A stretch of 64,000 nucleotides of DNA, from positions 32,001-96,000 of the IMG/VR virus record IMGVR_UViG_3300003690_003063. One strand, 5' to 3'. Source of the stretch: a virus. Position numbers and translations under genes: made by a program. This document shows positions 10,123 through 18,621 of this stretch, in pieces; position 1 is the stretch's first letter, and each line of letters begins with the position of its first letter. The notes beneath the pieces were generated by a model that saw only the letters and a program-made list of their open reading frames with translations, ran no database searches and had not been told where the DNA came from.

Positions 10123-10412
10123 TGATAAAAATCACCAGACAAAGGCTTAAAGAAATTATCAAGGAAGAGCTCCTTGGCGAACTTGAGGTTGGCTCTTTTG
10201 ATCGAGCCAAAGAGAAGATATTTAGTCTCGTCGATCGGCTTAGACACGAAGAGAGACAGGGGCGCCCAGTGATGGTCAGTTCCAAGGCCGGCGAAGATAT
10301 TAATATTCTGGAAGAACTTAGCGCCGCCCTTCAGTGGCTAAATGAACACCAACAAGAGATGAAGGATCAAGCAGCGGACACCCCCGCTTCGCGAGGATGG
10401 GGAGCCACCTAG
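10122..10412 (+). CDS. Small putative internal head protein, leader MIKITRQRLKEIIKEEL
   Basis: TAATG coupling to the previous gene; shared leader motif. Confidence 0.65.
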   Translation: MIKITRQRLKEIIKEELLGELEVGSFDRAKEKIFSLVDRLRHEERQGRPVMVSSKAGEDINILEELSAALQWLNEHQQEMKDQAADTPASRGWGAT

Positions 10413-10435
10413 CCTGCGTTCAGAGGATAATAAAT

Positions 10436-11062
10436 ATGAAAATCACCAGACAAAGACTTAAAAAGATCATTAGAGAAGAGCTGTCTCGCATGAACGAGGG
10501 CGGACTTGCGGGCCACCAGACTGAGCCGCGCCACGAAGGGAACACTCCAGAGGAGCGCCTTCTTAACAAACTTCTAATTCGATCGAAGATCGAGAAAGCT
10601 GGCGGAGACCCCCAGCGCGCCGCTGAAATGTTTGGCTTAGGCGAGGATGAAGAGGTTATTGCTTATCTCGCCAATCTGATGGGCAACCCAATGCTCGATA
10701 ATCCCAATATGGAAGAAGCCATCCAATCCGGTGGCAAACCATCGAAGCCGGAAGTGGAGCACTCCGAGGTTAGTTATAACCCCACGAAGGAGACACGAAA
10801 AACATTTCACAAAAAGGCGCGCCGCACTGCCAAGCAGGATATTAAAAAGGGCGAGATAGACGAATATAATCTTGGCTTCCGCGAGGATGATGATCTCTCC
10901 AAAACCGGTAAGGAAAAACTCGGTGCGGCCGATCCCGCCGAGGAAGAGCCCCTGCGCTTAAGCCGCCCCGAACACGATCCCCTGGATCGGTCTCCGGCTG
11001 GCATCCGCGCAAGACGACGATTACAGGGGAAAGGGATAAAGAATTATCCCTTAGACAAATGA
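10436..11062 (+). CDS. Putative internal head protein, leader MKITRQRLKKIIREEL
   Basis: Start moved from 10397 to the ATG at 10436 (GAGGA upstream, leader begins there). Highly charged body. Confidence 0.65.
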   Translation: MKITRQRLKKIIREELSRMNEGGLAGHQTEPRHEGNTPEERLLNKLLIRSKIEKAGGDPQRAAEMFGLGEDEEVIAYLANLMGNPMLDNPNMEEAIQSGGKPSKPEVEHSEVSYNPTKETRKTFHKKARRTAKQDIKKGEIDEYNLGFREDDDLSKTGKEKLGAADPAEEEPLRLSRPEHDPLDRSPAGIRARRRLQGKGIKNYPLDK

Positions 11063-11301
11063 AACTAACCAAACAAAGACTAAGAGAGATTATTAGAGAG
11101 GAATTAAATAGACTCACTCAAGAAGACATCGGCGATTATTATAGAAGTAAAAAAAAGGACCGCGATGATGCGTCCAAAAAGCTAAGAGATGCAGAAGAAG
11201 AGTTAAAGGCTGAGTCCGACCCCGCCAAAAAGGTTAAACTCAGGAAGAAAGTTAAAGACCTAAAAGATGAATATGACGCGGCCGCCGATACCGGGGATTA
11301 A
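11059..11301 (+). CDS. Small putative internal head protein, leader MKLTKQRLREIIREEL
   Basis: Overlaps the previous stop; shared leader; Lys/Glu/Asp-rich helical body. Confidence 0.65.
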   Translation: MKLTKQRLREIIREELNRLTQEDIGDYYRSKKKDRDDASKKLRDAEEELKAESDPAKKVKLRKKVKDLKDEYDAAADTGD

Positions 11302-11305
11302 TAAC

Positions 11306-11524
11306 ATGAAACTCACCAAACAAAGACTAAGAGAGATTATTCTAGAAGAGATTGGCGGTTATTCTCGTGAAGAGGTAAATAAGATTATTAATGCGCCTCA
11401 AAGTCGCTCTGGAGAACCGAATCTAAGAGAGCCTTGGGAAGGTATTGAAGAAAATGCAGCGCGCTTGGATATTCTATCGAATCAAATTGGCGCGCTGGCA
11501 CAAGCTCTTGGTGTAGAACTATAA
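11306..11524 (+). CDS. Small putative internal head protein, leader MKLTKQRLREIILEEI
   Basis: Start moved from 11267 to the ATG at 11306. The first 36 nt match 11059 except for one base. Confidence 0.65.
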   Translation: MKLTKQRLREIILEEIGGYSREEVNKIINAPQSRSGEPNLREPWEGIEENAARLDILSNQIGALAQALGVEL

Positions 11525-11532
11525 AATAATAC

Positions 11533-11560
11533 TTGACACGCTCTATCAGTAGTGTATACT
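11533..11560 (+). promoter_or_regulatory. sigma70-type promoter upstream of the sbcDC fusion
   Basis: TTGACA-N16-TATACT in the intergenic region. Confidence 0.65.
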
Positions 11561-11592
11561 GTGGATAGAGTTTTAGTTTAGGGGAGAACTGT

Positions 11593-14500
11593 TTGTACAA
11601 GATAGCACATATAGCGGACACGCACATAAAGAATTTAAAGTTTCATTACGAGTATAAGATCGTATTCGATCAATTATATGAAATATTACGAAAAGAAAAC
11701 GTAGACTACATCGTACACTGCGGCGATATTGCCCACACCAAGACCCAGATTTCACCAGAGTTCGTTGAGCTTTGCTCCGACTTCTTCTTAAATCTAGCTA
11801 AAATCGCGCCCACATACATCATCTTGGGCAACCACGACGGCAACTTAAAGAATAGCACGCGCCAGGACGCCCTACTTAAAAACTCCGGAGAAGTCCTTGT
11901 TGGGGCTGATATCGCCTTTAATGTCCTATCGGTTTTTGATGAGGATAACTGGGCCGCGCCGAGTAATGAAGAGAACATTAACATCGCACTTTATCATGGC
12001 TCTGTATCTGGAGTGAAGACTGACACGGGCTGGGTGATGACTCATGGAGATCATGACGTGGGTATTTTCGCGGGCCACGATTATGCCATGCTTGGCGATA
12101 TTCATAAGACTAATCAGATTCTGGATACCGAGGGTCGCGTGCGGTATGCGGGATCTACTGTTCAACAGAACCATGGGGAGACCAATGACAAAGGCTTTTT
12201 GATTTGGGAGATCGAGGACAAGGACACCTTTACGGTTAATCATCACGTTCTTCTCAACCCTAAGCCGTTTAAGACTATTGAACTCACACCAAAGGGGCGC
12301 ATGCCAAAGGGTACCAAAATCCCAGCTGGAGCGCGCCTTAGGCTGGTGAGTAATAACAATTTGCCTCTTGACGTGATGCGTAAGGCTGTTGAAGTTGCCA
12401 AGCACCGGTTCAACCCGGAAAGCATTACTTTTTTGAATCGTGCAGCGGGGGAAAGAGGAACAGTCGAGATCGGCGCAGGCTTTAAAGTAGAGAACCTGCG
12501 AGACAAGGGAGTTCAGGAAAACCTTATTCGTGAATACCTCACGGATTATGAGCCGAGTGAGGAAATACTTGAGAGGGTGTTTGAACTGAACCGAAAATAT
12601 AACTCACAGATTGAAGAAACGGAAGAGGTCGCTCGGAATGTAAATTGGAATCTTAACAGGTTTGAGTGGGATAACTTGTTTAATTATGGAGAAGGCAATA
12701 GCGTTGACTTCGCAAATCTTAATGGGATTGTAGGAATTTTTGGCAAGAATTATTCCGGAAAGTCTAGTATTATTGATGGCTTACTATACACGATCTTTAA
12801 TACAACCTCTAAGAATGAGCGCAAGAACTACAACATTATCAACCAGAACAGGAAAGACTGCCGCGGCCTCGTTGAGCTACAAGTTGGTGAGAAAATCTAT
12901 ACCATTGAGAGAACGTCTGAAAAGTATGTAAAGAAGCTTAAGGGCGAAGTCACCAATGAAGCACGTACCAATCTAGACTTTAGCGGCCTAGATCCTGTAG
13001 CGGGAGAAAAAACGAGTCTTAACGGCACGACTCGCAACGAGACCGACGCTCATATTCGTAAGCGATTTGGAACAGTAGAAGACTTCTTACTGACGTCTAT
13101 GTCTAGCCAGCTCGACAATTTGTCGTTTATTAAGGAAGGTTCTACGCGACGGAAGGAAATTCTAGCTAAGTTCCTGGATTTAGACATCTTTGAGAAAAAA
13201 TTTAAATTGTCTCATGAGGATTCTGCTGACCTTAAAGCGGTCATCCGGCGCATGGGAGACATTGATTATAATAATGATATAGTGATAGCAGAGGTTCAGC
13301 GGGATGAAGCTCAGAAAGTTTTGGATGAAGAGGCTCTCGTTGCCGAGGAGCTGAGAAAAGATCTCAGCGCCGACAAGTCTATATATATGTCCTTAACAGA
13401 GCAGATAGACTCAATTCCGGCTGAGCGTTTGGATATTAAAAATCTATTGGAATCACGCTCTACTCTTAAAAAGAAGATAGAAGAGACGAATATCAACATT
13501 GTGGAACTTAAGGACGAAAATATAGACTATGACAAACATCTTAAAGAATACGATGATTTTTTAACAACTATAGATATTGAAGATCTCCTCGAAAAAAAGA
13601 AAGATTATGACAACTTCAAACAAAAATATGACGACATTGTGAACCGGGCGCGCCTGATGGACAACGAATACAAAGTTATGGACAAGAAAGTACAATTACT
13701 TGACGAGGTACCATGTGGCAACCAATACCCGATGTGCCAGTTTATCCGGGATGCGCACTTGGCATCTGTAGAGTTGCCGTCGCTAGAAGTGGACATTATA
13801 GATAAGATTGAAGAAGCTACGAAGTACAAGTCTAAAGTTGTATCAGTCAATTCAGCAGAAATGATTGAGGTAATCGATAGATATAATAATATTATTATAA
13901 AAAAGAACAACATCGAGATTGAAAAGCGTGACAATAAGGTCTCGATTGAAAAATTATATGCGAAGATAAAAATTCTCAGAGCCGATCTTACAGAAACGGA
14001 TGAAAAGATTGTCCTCTACGAAGATAAAAAAGAATTAATTAAAAACATCGAAAAACTGGTAGATTCCCGTAATGGAGTCCAAGAGCAGATACAACAGACA
14101 AAAGAAGCAATTCAGACATACGAGGAACTTATCAATCAGCATCATCGTACTATTGGCTCATTGGAGCAGAAGGTAGAATCATTCAAAGAAAAGAAGAGTG
14201 ACCTTACCAATATTCGGGAAGAGTATGCGGCTTATGATTTATTTATGCACTGTATGCATTCGAATGGGATTGCTTATGATATTATTAAAAAACGGCTGCC
14301 AGTAATTAATGCTGAAGTTTCCAAGGTTCTTTCTAATATTGTGGATTTTGAGGTGTTCTTTCAAGAAGACGGGCGCAAGTTGGATATTCTCCTAAAGCAC
14401 CCGAAACATGACCCACGTCCAATTGAAATGGGGTCCGGCGCTGAGAAGACAGTCGCCGCAATGGCTATCCGTCTGGCTTTATTATCTGTATCGTCCCTTC

Positions 14501-14703
14501 CTAAAGGGAATGTTTTTATTTTGGATGAGCCGGGTACGGCCCTCGATGCCGAAAATATGGAGGGGTTCACTCGAATCCTTCAGTTGATTAAAATGTATTT
14601 TAAAATAGTTATCCTTATTTCTCACTTAGATTCACTAAAAGACATTGTTGATGTGGAAATTACCATTGATAAGAATGGCGGCTATGCGCGAGTAAATCAA
14701 TAG
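11593..14703 (+). CDS. Fused SbcD/Mre11 (gp47-like) nuclease and SbcC/Rad50 (gp46-like) ATPase
   Basis: ADTH, CGD, GNHD phosphoesterase motifs; Walker A GKNYSGKS; long coiled coil; GSGAE signature; FILDEP Walker B; ISH loop. TTG start with GGAG SD. Confidence 0.9.
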   Translation: MYKIAHIADTHIKNLKFHYEYKIVFDQLYEILRKENVDYIVHCGDIAHTKTQISPEFVELCSDFFLNLAKIAPTYIILGNHDGNLKNSTRQDALLKNSGEVLVGADIAFNVLSVFDEDNWAAPSNEENINIALYHGSVSGVKTDTGWVMTHGDHDVGIFAGHDYAMLGDIHKTNQILDTEGRVRYAGSTVQQNHGETNDKGFLIWEIEDKDTFTVNHHVLLNPKPFKTIELTPKGRMPKGTKIPAGARLRLVSNNNLPLDVMRKAVEVAKHRFNPESITFLNRAAGERGTVEIGAGFKVENLRDKGVQENLIREYLTDYEPSEEILERVFELNRKYNSQIEETEEVARNVNWNLNRFEWDNLFNYGEGNSVDFANLNGIVGIFGKNYSGKSSIIDGLLYTIFNTTSKNERKNYNIINQNRKDCRGLVELQVGEKIYTIERTSEKYVKKLKGEVTNEARTNLDFSGLDPVAGEKTSLNGTTRNETDAHIRKRFGTVEDFLLTSMSSQLDNLSFIKEGSTRRKEILAKFLDLDIFEKKFKLSHEDSADLKAVIRRMGDIDYNNDIVIAEVQRDEAQKVLDEEALVAEELRKDLSADKSIYMSLTEQIDSIPAERLDIKNLLESRSTLKKKIEETNINIVELKDENIDYDKHLKEYDDFLTTIDIEDLLEKKKDYDNFKQKYDDIVNRARLMDNEYKVMDKKVQLLDEVPCGNQYPMCQFIRDAHLASVELPSLEVDIIDKIEEATKYKSKVVSVNSAEMIEVIDRYNNIIIKKNNIEIEKRDNKVSIEKLYAKIKILRADLTETDEKIVLYEDKKELIKNIEKLVDSRNGVQEQIQQTKEAIQTYEELINQHHRTIGSLEQKVESFKEKKSDLTNIREEYAAYDLFMHCMHSNGIAYDIIKKRLPVINAEVSKVLSNIVDFEVFFQEDGRKLDILLKHPKHDPRPIEMGSGAEKTVAAMAIRLALLSVSSLPKGNVFILDEPGTALDAENMEGFTRILQLIKMYFKIVILISHLDSLKDIVDVEITIDKNGGYARVNQ

Positions 14704-14761
14704 TTTGAGTTGTTAGGTCATACTTTTATTTTCTTTCTAATTAGAATAGAAGGAGATTAAA

Positions 14762-14950
14762 ATGATGAAACACATCTTAGACAAGGGGTTAAATAAGCTC
14801 GTATCTCGTAAGTTGTTGGCGTGGACTACCGCAACTGGGTTGTTGCTATTTGCAGATTTAACATCTAGCGATTGGGTAATTATCACTTGTGTTTATATTG
14901 GTGGCCAGACGGTAATTGATGCTGTGGCGCGTTTGAAGGGATATAAATAA
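14762..14950 (+). CDS. Small two-TM membrane protein, putative holin
   Basis: 62 aa; SRKLL followed by two hydrophobic segments; AAGGAG SD; tandem ATG start. Confidence 0.5.
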   Translation: MMKHILDKGLNKLVSRKLLAWTTATGLLLFADLTSSDWVIITCVYIGGQTVIDAVARLKGYK

Positions 14951-15369
14951 TGAAGCTTTTAAAGTTAAAATTAGTTGCTAAAAAAGTTTGGCTTTGGGCC
15001 AAAAAGTTTTGGTGGGCTATCGTTATAGCTCTCGGTTTTATAATCGCAATTTTGGTTTGGGTGTTAACTCGTAATGGAGCCTTCGCCGCGACCTTGATGG
15101 ATCTTTTGGAATCGAAGAGAGAGGCTCATGTGAAAGAGATGGAAACGCTGACGCGCATTCACGACACTGAAGTATCCGCGAAAAATACTCGCCTAGAAGT
15201 ACACCTCAAGAAAAGAGCTGAACTAGAAGAAGAGTTTAAGAAGAGAGGCGAATCTATGGACAAAGAAAAGGAAGCAGAGCTTAAAAGACTTGTAGATGAG
15301 AGTTATAATGATCCTGAGAAGTTGGCTGAAGAATTAGCTAAAGTATTTGGAATGAAAGAAAATGGTTAA
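14950..15369 (+). CDS. Membrane-anchored coiled-coil protein, putative inner-membrane spanin
   Basis: Basic N-terminus, one TM helix, then a charged coiled coil. Coupled to the holin-like gene. Confidence 0.45.
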   Translation: MKLLKLKLVAKKVWLWAKKFWWAIVIALGFIIAILVWVLTRNGAFAATLMDLLESKREAHVKEMETLTRIHDTEVSAKNTRLEVHLKKRAELEEEFKKRGESMDKEKEAELKRLVDESYNDPEKLAEELAKVFGMKENG

Positions 15370-15844
15370 AAAAATATTATCTCTTTATTTAATTGGTTAT
15401 TTGCTGGCCCCCTCGGTTGCAATTGCGACGGAGCCCGAAGAAGAATCAGCAACAGACGAAACGTACCAAATAGTTTCCTTAAAGGAGGGAGAGACCGCTC
15501 CTTTCGCGGGGGTATTATTGTCTTTAGACGTGGCCGCCAAAATTATAACAGAGAAAAAATTCGAAGATGCGTCATGTGATCTTCGTATTGGGTATGAGTT
15601 AAATCTGCAGGAAGAGCGCTTTCGATTACAACTAGATTTCAAAGATATTGAAATTCACTCTTGGAAAGATAAGTACGAGTCTATGATGATTCTTAAAGTA
15701 GCGGAAAATGATCGACTTGAAAAACTAATATTCAAACAGAATCCTAACAAGGAACCTTGGATGGTTGCACTGGGATTTGGAATTGCCACTCTGACATCTC
15801 TGGGAATATTTGCTATTTCGACGGAGATCGTAGAGGGTGGCTAG
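15362..15844 (+). CDS. Exported protein with a C-terminal TM helix, putative spanin-like partner
   Basis: Signal-peptide-like N-terminus (A-x-A site), helical middle, C-terminal hydrophobic segment. Confidence 0.4.
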   Translation: MVKKILSLYLIGYLLAPSVAIATEPEEESATDETYQIVSLKEGETAPFAGVLLSLDVAAKIITEKKFEDASCDLRIGYELNLQEERFRLQLDFKDIEIHSWKDKYESMMILKVAENDRLEKLIFKQNPNKEPWMVALGFGIATLTSLGIFAISTEIVEGG

Positions 15845-16493
15845 AAGATTAATACCCGAGGCGACAAGTCGATCTAGGCTCTTAGAATTTATAAAAAAGC
15901 ATCGAGCGAAGGCTGGCATTACAGAAGCTGCCGGTTCGAATACCCAAATTCAATTTAATGACGCCGGCGTCTTCGGCGCGGATGCAGATTTAGTATGGGA
16001 TACAACAGATGGCGATGGATTGGGAATTGGATTACAACACTATGGGAATAAGTTCCCACAAGTTCATTTAGATGTTAACTATGGTTATCTAGATGACCTA
16101 GATAACGATACAGGGGGAGGCGAGAGTGTCGCATTCGGCACGGGCACGACTACTGCTGGAAAGCTTTATTACTTAAAGAATGACGGGGTATGGACAGAAG
16201 CCCGGGCAAACGCGGTTGCCACCGGAGCCAAAGAGCTATTGGGTATAGCATTAGGCACCGACCCGGCCACTAACGGAATGTTACTGCGAGGGTTTTTTCA
16301 AATGACTAGTTATCTACAGGGAACCTGGGATGAAGGCATTCCCGTCTATGTCAGCGATACACATGCTGGCCAAGGAGATATAGATATTCCAGCAAGTTCC
16401 GGTGATTTTGTAAGGGTTATTGGATATTGTGGCGCGGGTACGACTGATCTGATCTATTTTAATCCCAGTAGCACCTACATTGAACTTTCATAA
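15837..16493 (+). CDS. Virion fibre/decoration-like protein
   Basis: GSNTQIQFNDAGVFGAD fibre motif; LLGIAL...GMLLRG beta domain. Confidence 0.55.
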   Translation: MARRLIPEATSRSRLLEFIKKHRAKAGITEAAGSNTQIQFNDAGVFGADADLVWDTTDGDGLGIGLQHYGNKFPQVHLDVNYGYLDDLDNDTGGGESVAFGTGTTTAGKLYYLKNDGVWTEARANAVATGAKELLGIALGTDPATNGMLLRGFFQMTSYLQGTWDEGIPVYVSDTHAGQGDIDIPASSGDFVRVIGYCGAGTTDLIYFNPSSTYIELS

Positions 16494-17407
16494 TGTCTGA
16501 AGTTAGTAAAGTCAGTGCTGTAGCGATAGCCGACATAGAAGCTATTAATGGTGTTGACGCAGATGACATAGAGTCTCTTGATGGCGTAGATTTTGTGACG
16601 GGGTTTAGTAATACGTATTCTCTTCGACAGATGGTCACGGCCGGGACGGGCTCTATGCAAGTAGCAAATCCTAATAGCTATCATTTTGAAAGTGGGGGCA
16701 CCGATCAAGCATTTAGTATTAGTGCGTGGGTTCATGGGAAAGTAGACCCTCCCAGTAAATTTAGAATTGCGAGCAAGGGAACTGTTGCGGTCGGCGCGAC
16801 TGCAACTAATCGGGAATGGGTTTTAACCACTGGTTCCCCTCCTTGGTATGCTCCCAGCGACCCACCTCCTATTCAATTTACTATTTACGGAAATACAGAT
16901 GCATCCGTTTATATTCAACGATTTGGAGGCGAGATGACTATTAGCGGAAGCTGGAATCATATCGTGGCCACTTATGATGGTAACGGCTCTTCGGGAGCAA
17001 GCGGAAGTTTGGAGATATATCTTAATGGAGTCCGTTTCCCCGGCACAAACCCATCTGATGTCGGTTCATACTCATCCCTTGCAGACAGTGGGCTGCCGGT
17101 TATAATAGGAGCAATTGCCGGCAACTCTGACAGGTTTCAGGGGTATATAGATGAGGTAAGTATTTGGAACAAAGAACTGTCCTCTGGTGATATCACACAT
17201 ATTTATAATTCCGGAACGCCAACTGATATATCAGCTTCTGGCAGTTTATTATCTTGGTGGCGAATGGGCGACAATGATGGGGGCTCCGGGACTACGGTTA
17301 CGGATGTACAGGGTGCTGGAAATGGTTCCTTGGATAACGCGAACGGCCCCGCAGGAGCAGGAAAGTTTAGCGCTAGCGATGGAATTTCATCGGACTCGGT
17401 ACCATAA
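16493..17407 (+). CDS. LamG/concanavalin A-like jellyroll protein, putative carbohydrate-binding virion protein
   Basis: FSISAWV, WNHIVATYDG, IYLNG, IIGA, FQGYIDEVSIWNKELS, LLSWWRMGD. Confidence 0.85.
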   Translation: MSEVSKVSAVAIADIEAINGVDADDIESLDGVDFVTGFSNTYSLRQMVTAGTGSMQVANPNSYHFESGGTDQAFSISAWVHGKVDPPSKFRIASKGTVAVGATATNREWVLTTGSPPWYAPSDPPPIQFTIYGNTDASVYIQRFGGEMTISGSWNHIVATYDGNGSSGASGSLEIYLNGVRFPGTNPSDVGSYSSLADSGLPVIIGAIAGNSDRFQGYIDEVSIWNKELSSGDITHIYNSGTPTDISASGSLLSWWRMGDNDGGSGTTVTDVQGAGNGSLDNANGPAGAGKFSASDGISSDSVP

Positions 17408-17799
17408 TGTCTGATGATAAACAACAGTATATCGCAAAATTAGAAAAAGCCATCTCACAAAAGTATGGCGAAGAAACTATTAATAATCCTCGCCGGTTTT
17501 GGGATGCGGAAAAAGAACAAGAGTACATAACTCAATCTCAAGCGCAACAAATAAAGTTTGGGAAACTGGCTGAATCTCAAGACAAAGTAGAACAAGATGG
17601 ATTTTTAATAAATAAAAAACTACTTACTAGAGACCACAATAGGACTTGTCCTGTGTGTGAAAAATATTCTTTTCATCCTCGTGATGATTTATATATGAAT
17701 AAGTTTCAAGCGTGCTTTAACTGTTTCGTATGTTACGTGGAAGGAAGAGAAGAGAGATGGGCAACTGGTTGGAGACCACAAAATGAAAATAGCACATAA
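17407..17799 (+). CDS. Hypothetical protein with a Cys4 zinc-binding motif
   Basis: CPVC...CFNC; coupled to its neighbours. Confidence 0.6.
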   Translation: MSDDKQQYIAKLEKAISQKYGEETINNPRRFWDAEKEQEYITQSQAQQIKFGKLAESQDKVEQDGFLINKKLLTRDHNRTCPVCEKYSFHPRDDLYMNKFQACFNCFVCYVEGREERWATGWRPQNENST

Positions 17800-18061
17800 A
17801 AAACTTCGTCGGATTATTCGAGAGGAAACTGAAGCATTTCAATATGAAAAGATGCTTAGGGAGCAGGATCCCGACTTATTATTAGAGAATCCAATTGCAG
17901 CAGTTGTCTTACAACTGTTGAAAAATCCCCAAGTTGTGGAAATGTTAACGCAGCTTTTGCTTCCCAAGCTTATGGGAGGGCTGACTGGCGGTGGTGCCTC
18001 TGCGGGCACAACCGGTACCGGCGGCGCCATCGGCGCCACCGGCGGTCTGAAAGAGGAATAA
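17783..18061 (+). CDS. Small putative internal head protein, leader MKIAHKKLRRIIREE
   Basis: Shared leader, L-x-E sites, then an amphipathic hydrophobic segment and a Gly-rich tail. Confidence 0.6.
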   Translation: MKIAHKKLRRIIREETEAFQYEKMLREQDPDLLLENPIAAVVLQLLKNPQVVEMLTQLLLPKLMGGLTGGGASAGTTGTGGAIGATGGLKEE

Positions 18062-18064
18062 AGA

Positions 18065-18613
18065 ATGGCAACAGTATACGAAATCATCCAAGGAATTAAC
18101 CAAGCAGCCTCGAATGCCTATGATGGAGCTCACGAGGAGGGGCTGCAAGCTGATGGTAAGGCGAGAAAGGCGGGCCTTTCGCGTGAAGACGGTCACTATA
18201 TTAATGATAGTCGTGTAATGGACGGCTTTAAAGTTTCTTTTCATGGCCCCCTCTTGCGCGTTAACTATCAGGCTGAGGTAAGACTTAAAGATGTGAAAGA
18301 AACTGGTTTCGAAAATGACATCATCTCTCATCTTAAAGATATCATAAAATTTTTAAAGAAAGAATATAAAGACATTACTGGGAATACCCTTACACTTACG
18401 AAAGAAGGAGACCACAAGATCCTCGTTCAAAGAATTTCTAATTATCGCACTGACTGTCAAGCTCATTGTGATTATCGGATTGGCGGCCTCAAAGACGCAA
18501 TTGAAGTGAACGAGGGATCTGACGAAGATCGTCTCGATGACGCGATTAAAAAGTGGCTGGCCATGGGCCCTAAAAATAAGCGTCCCAAGAACGATACCCG
18601 TAAAGGTAAATAA
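18065..18613 (+). CDS. Hypothetical protein upstream of terminase
   Basis: 182-aa ORF with GAGGA SD. Confidence 0.6.
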   Translation: MATVYEIIQGINQAASNAYDGAHEEGLQADGKARKAGLSREDGHYINDSRVMDGFKVSFHGPLLRVNYQAEVRLKDVKETGFENDIISHLKDIIKFLKKEYKDITGNTLTLTKEGDHKILVQRISNYRTDCQAHCDYRIGGLKDAIEVNEGSDEDRLDDAIKKWLAMGPKNKRPKNDTRKGK

Positions 18614-18621
18614 CACATGTT

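Noticed and set aside
10122-11345. CRISPR-like array or diversity-generating retroelement suggested by the spaced repeats
   Set aside because: The repeats are in-frame coding leaders with irregular 250-620 nt spacing. There is no cas or reverse transcriptase gene and no adenine-specific variation.
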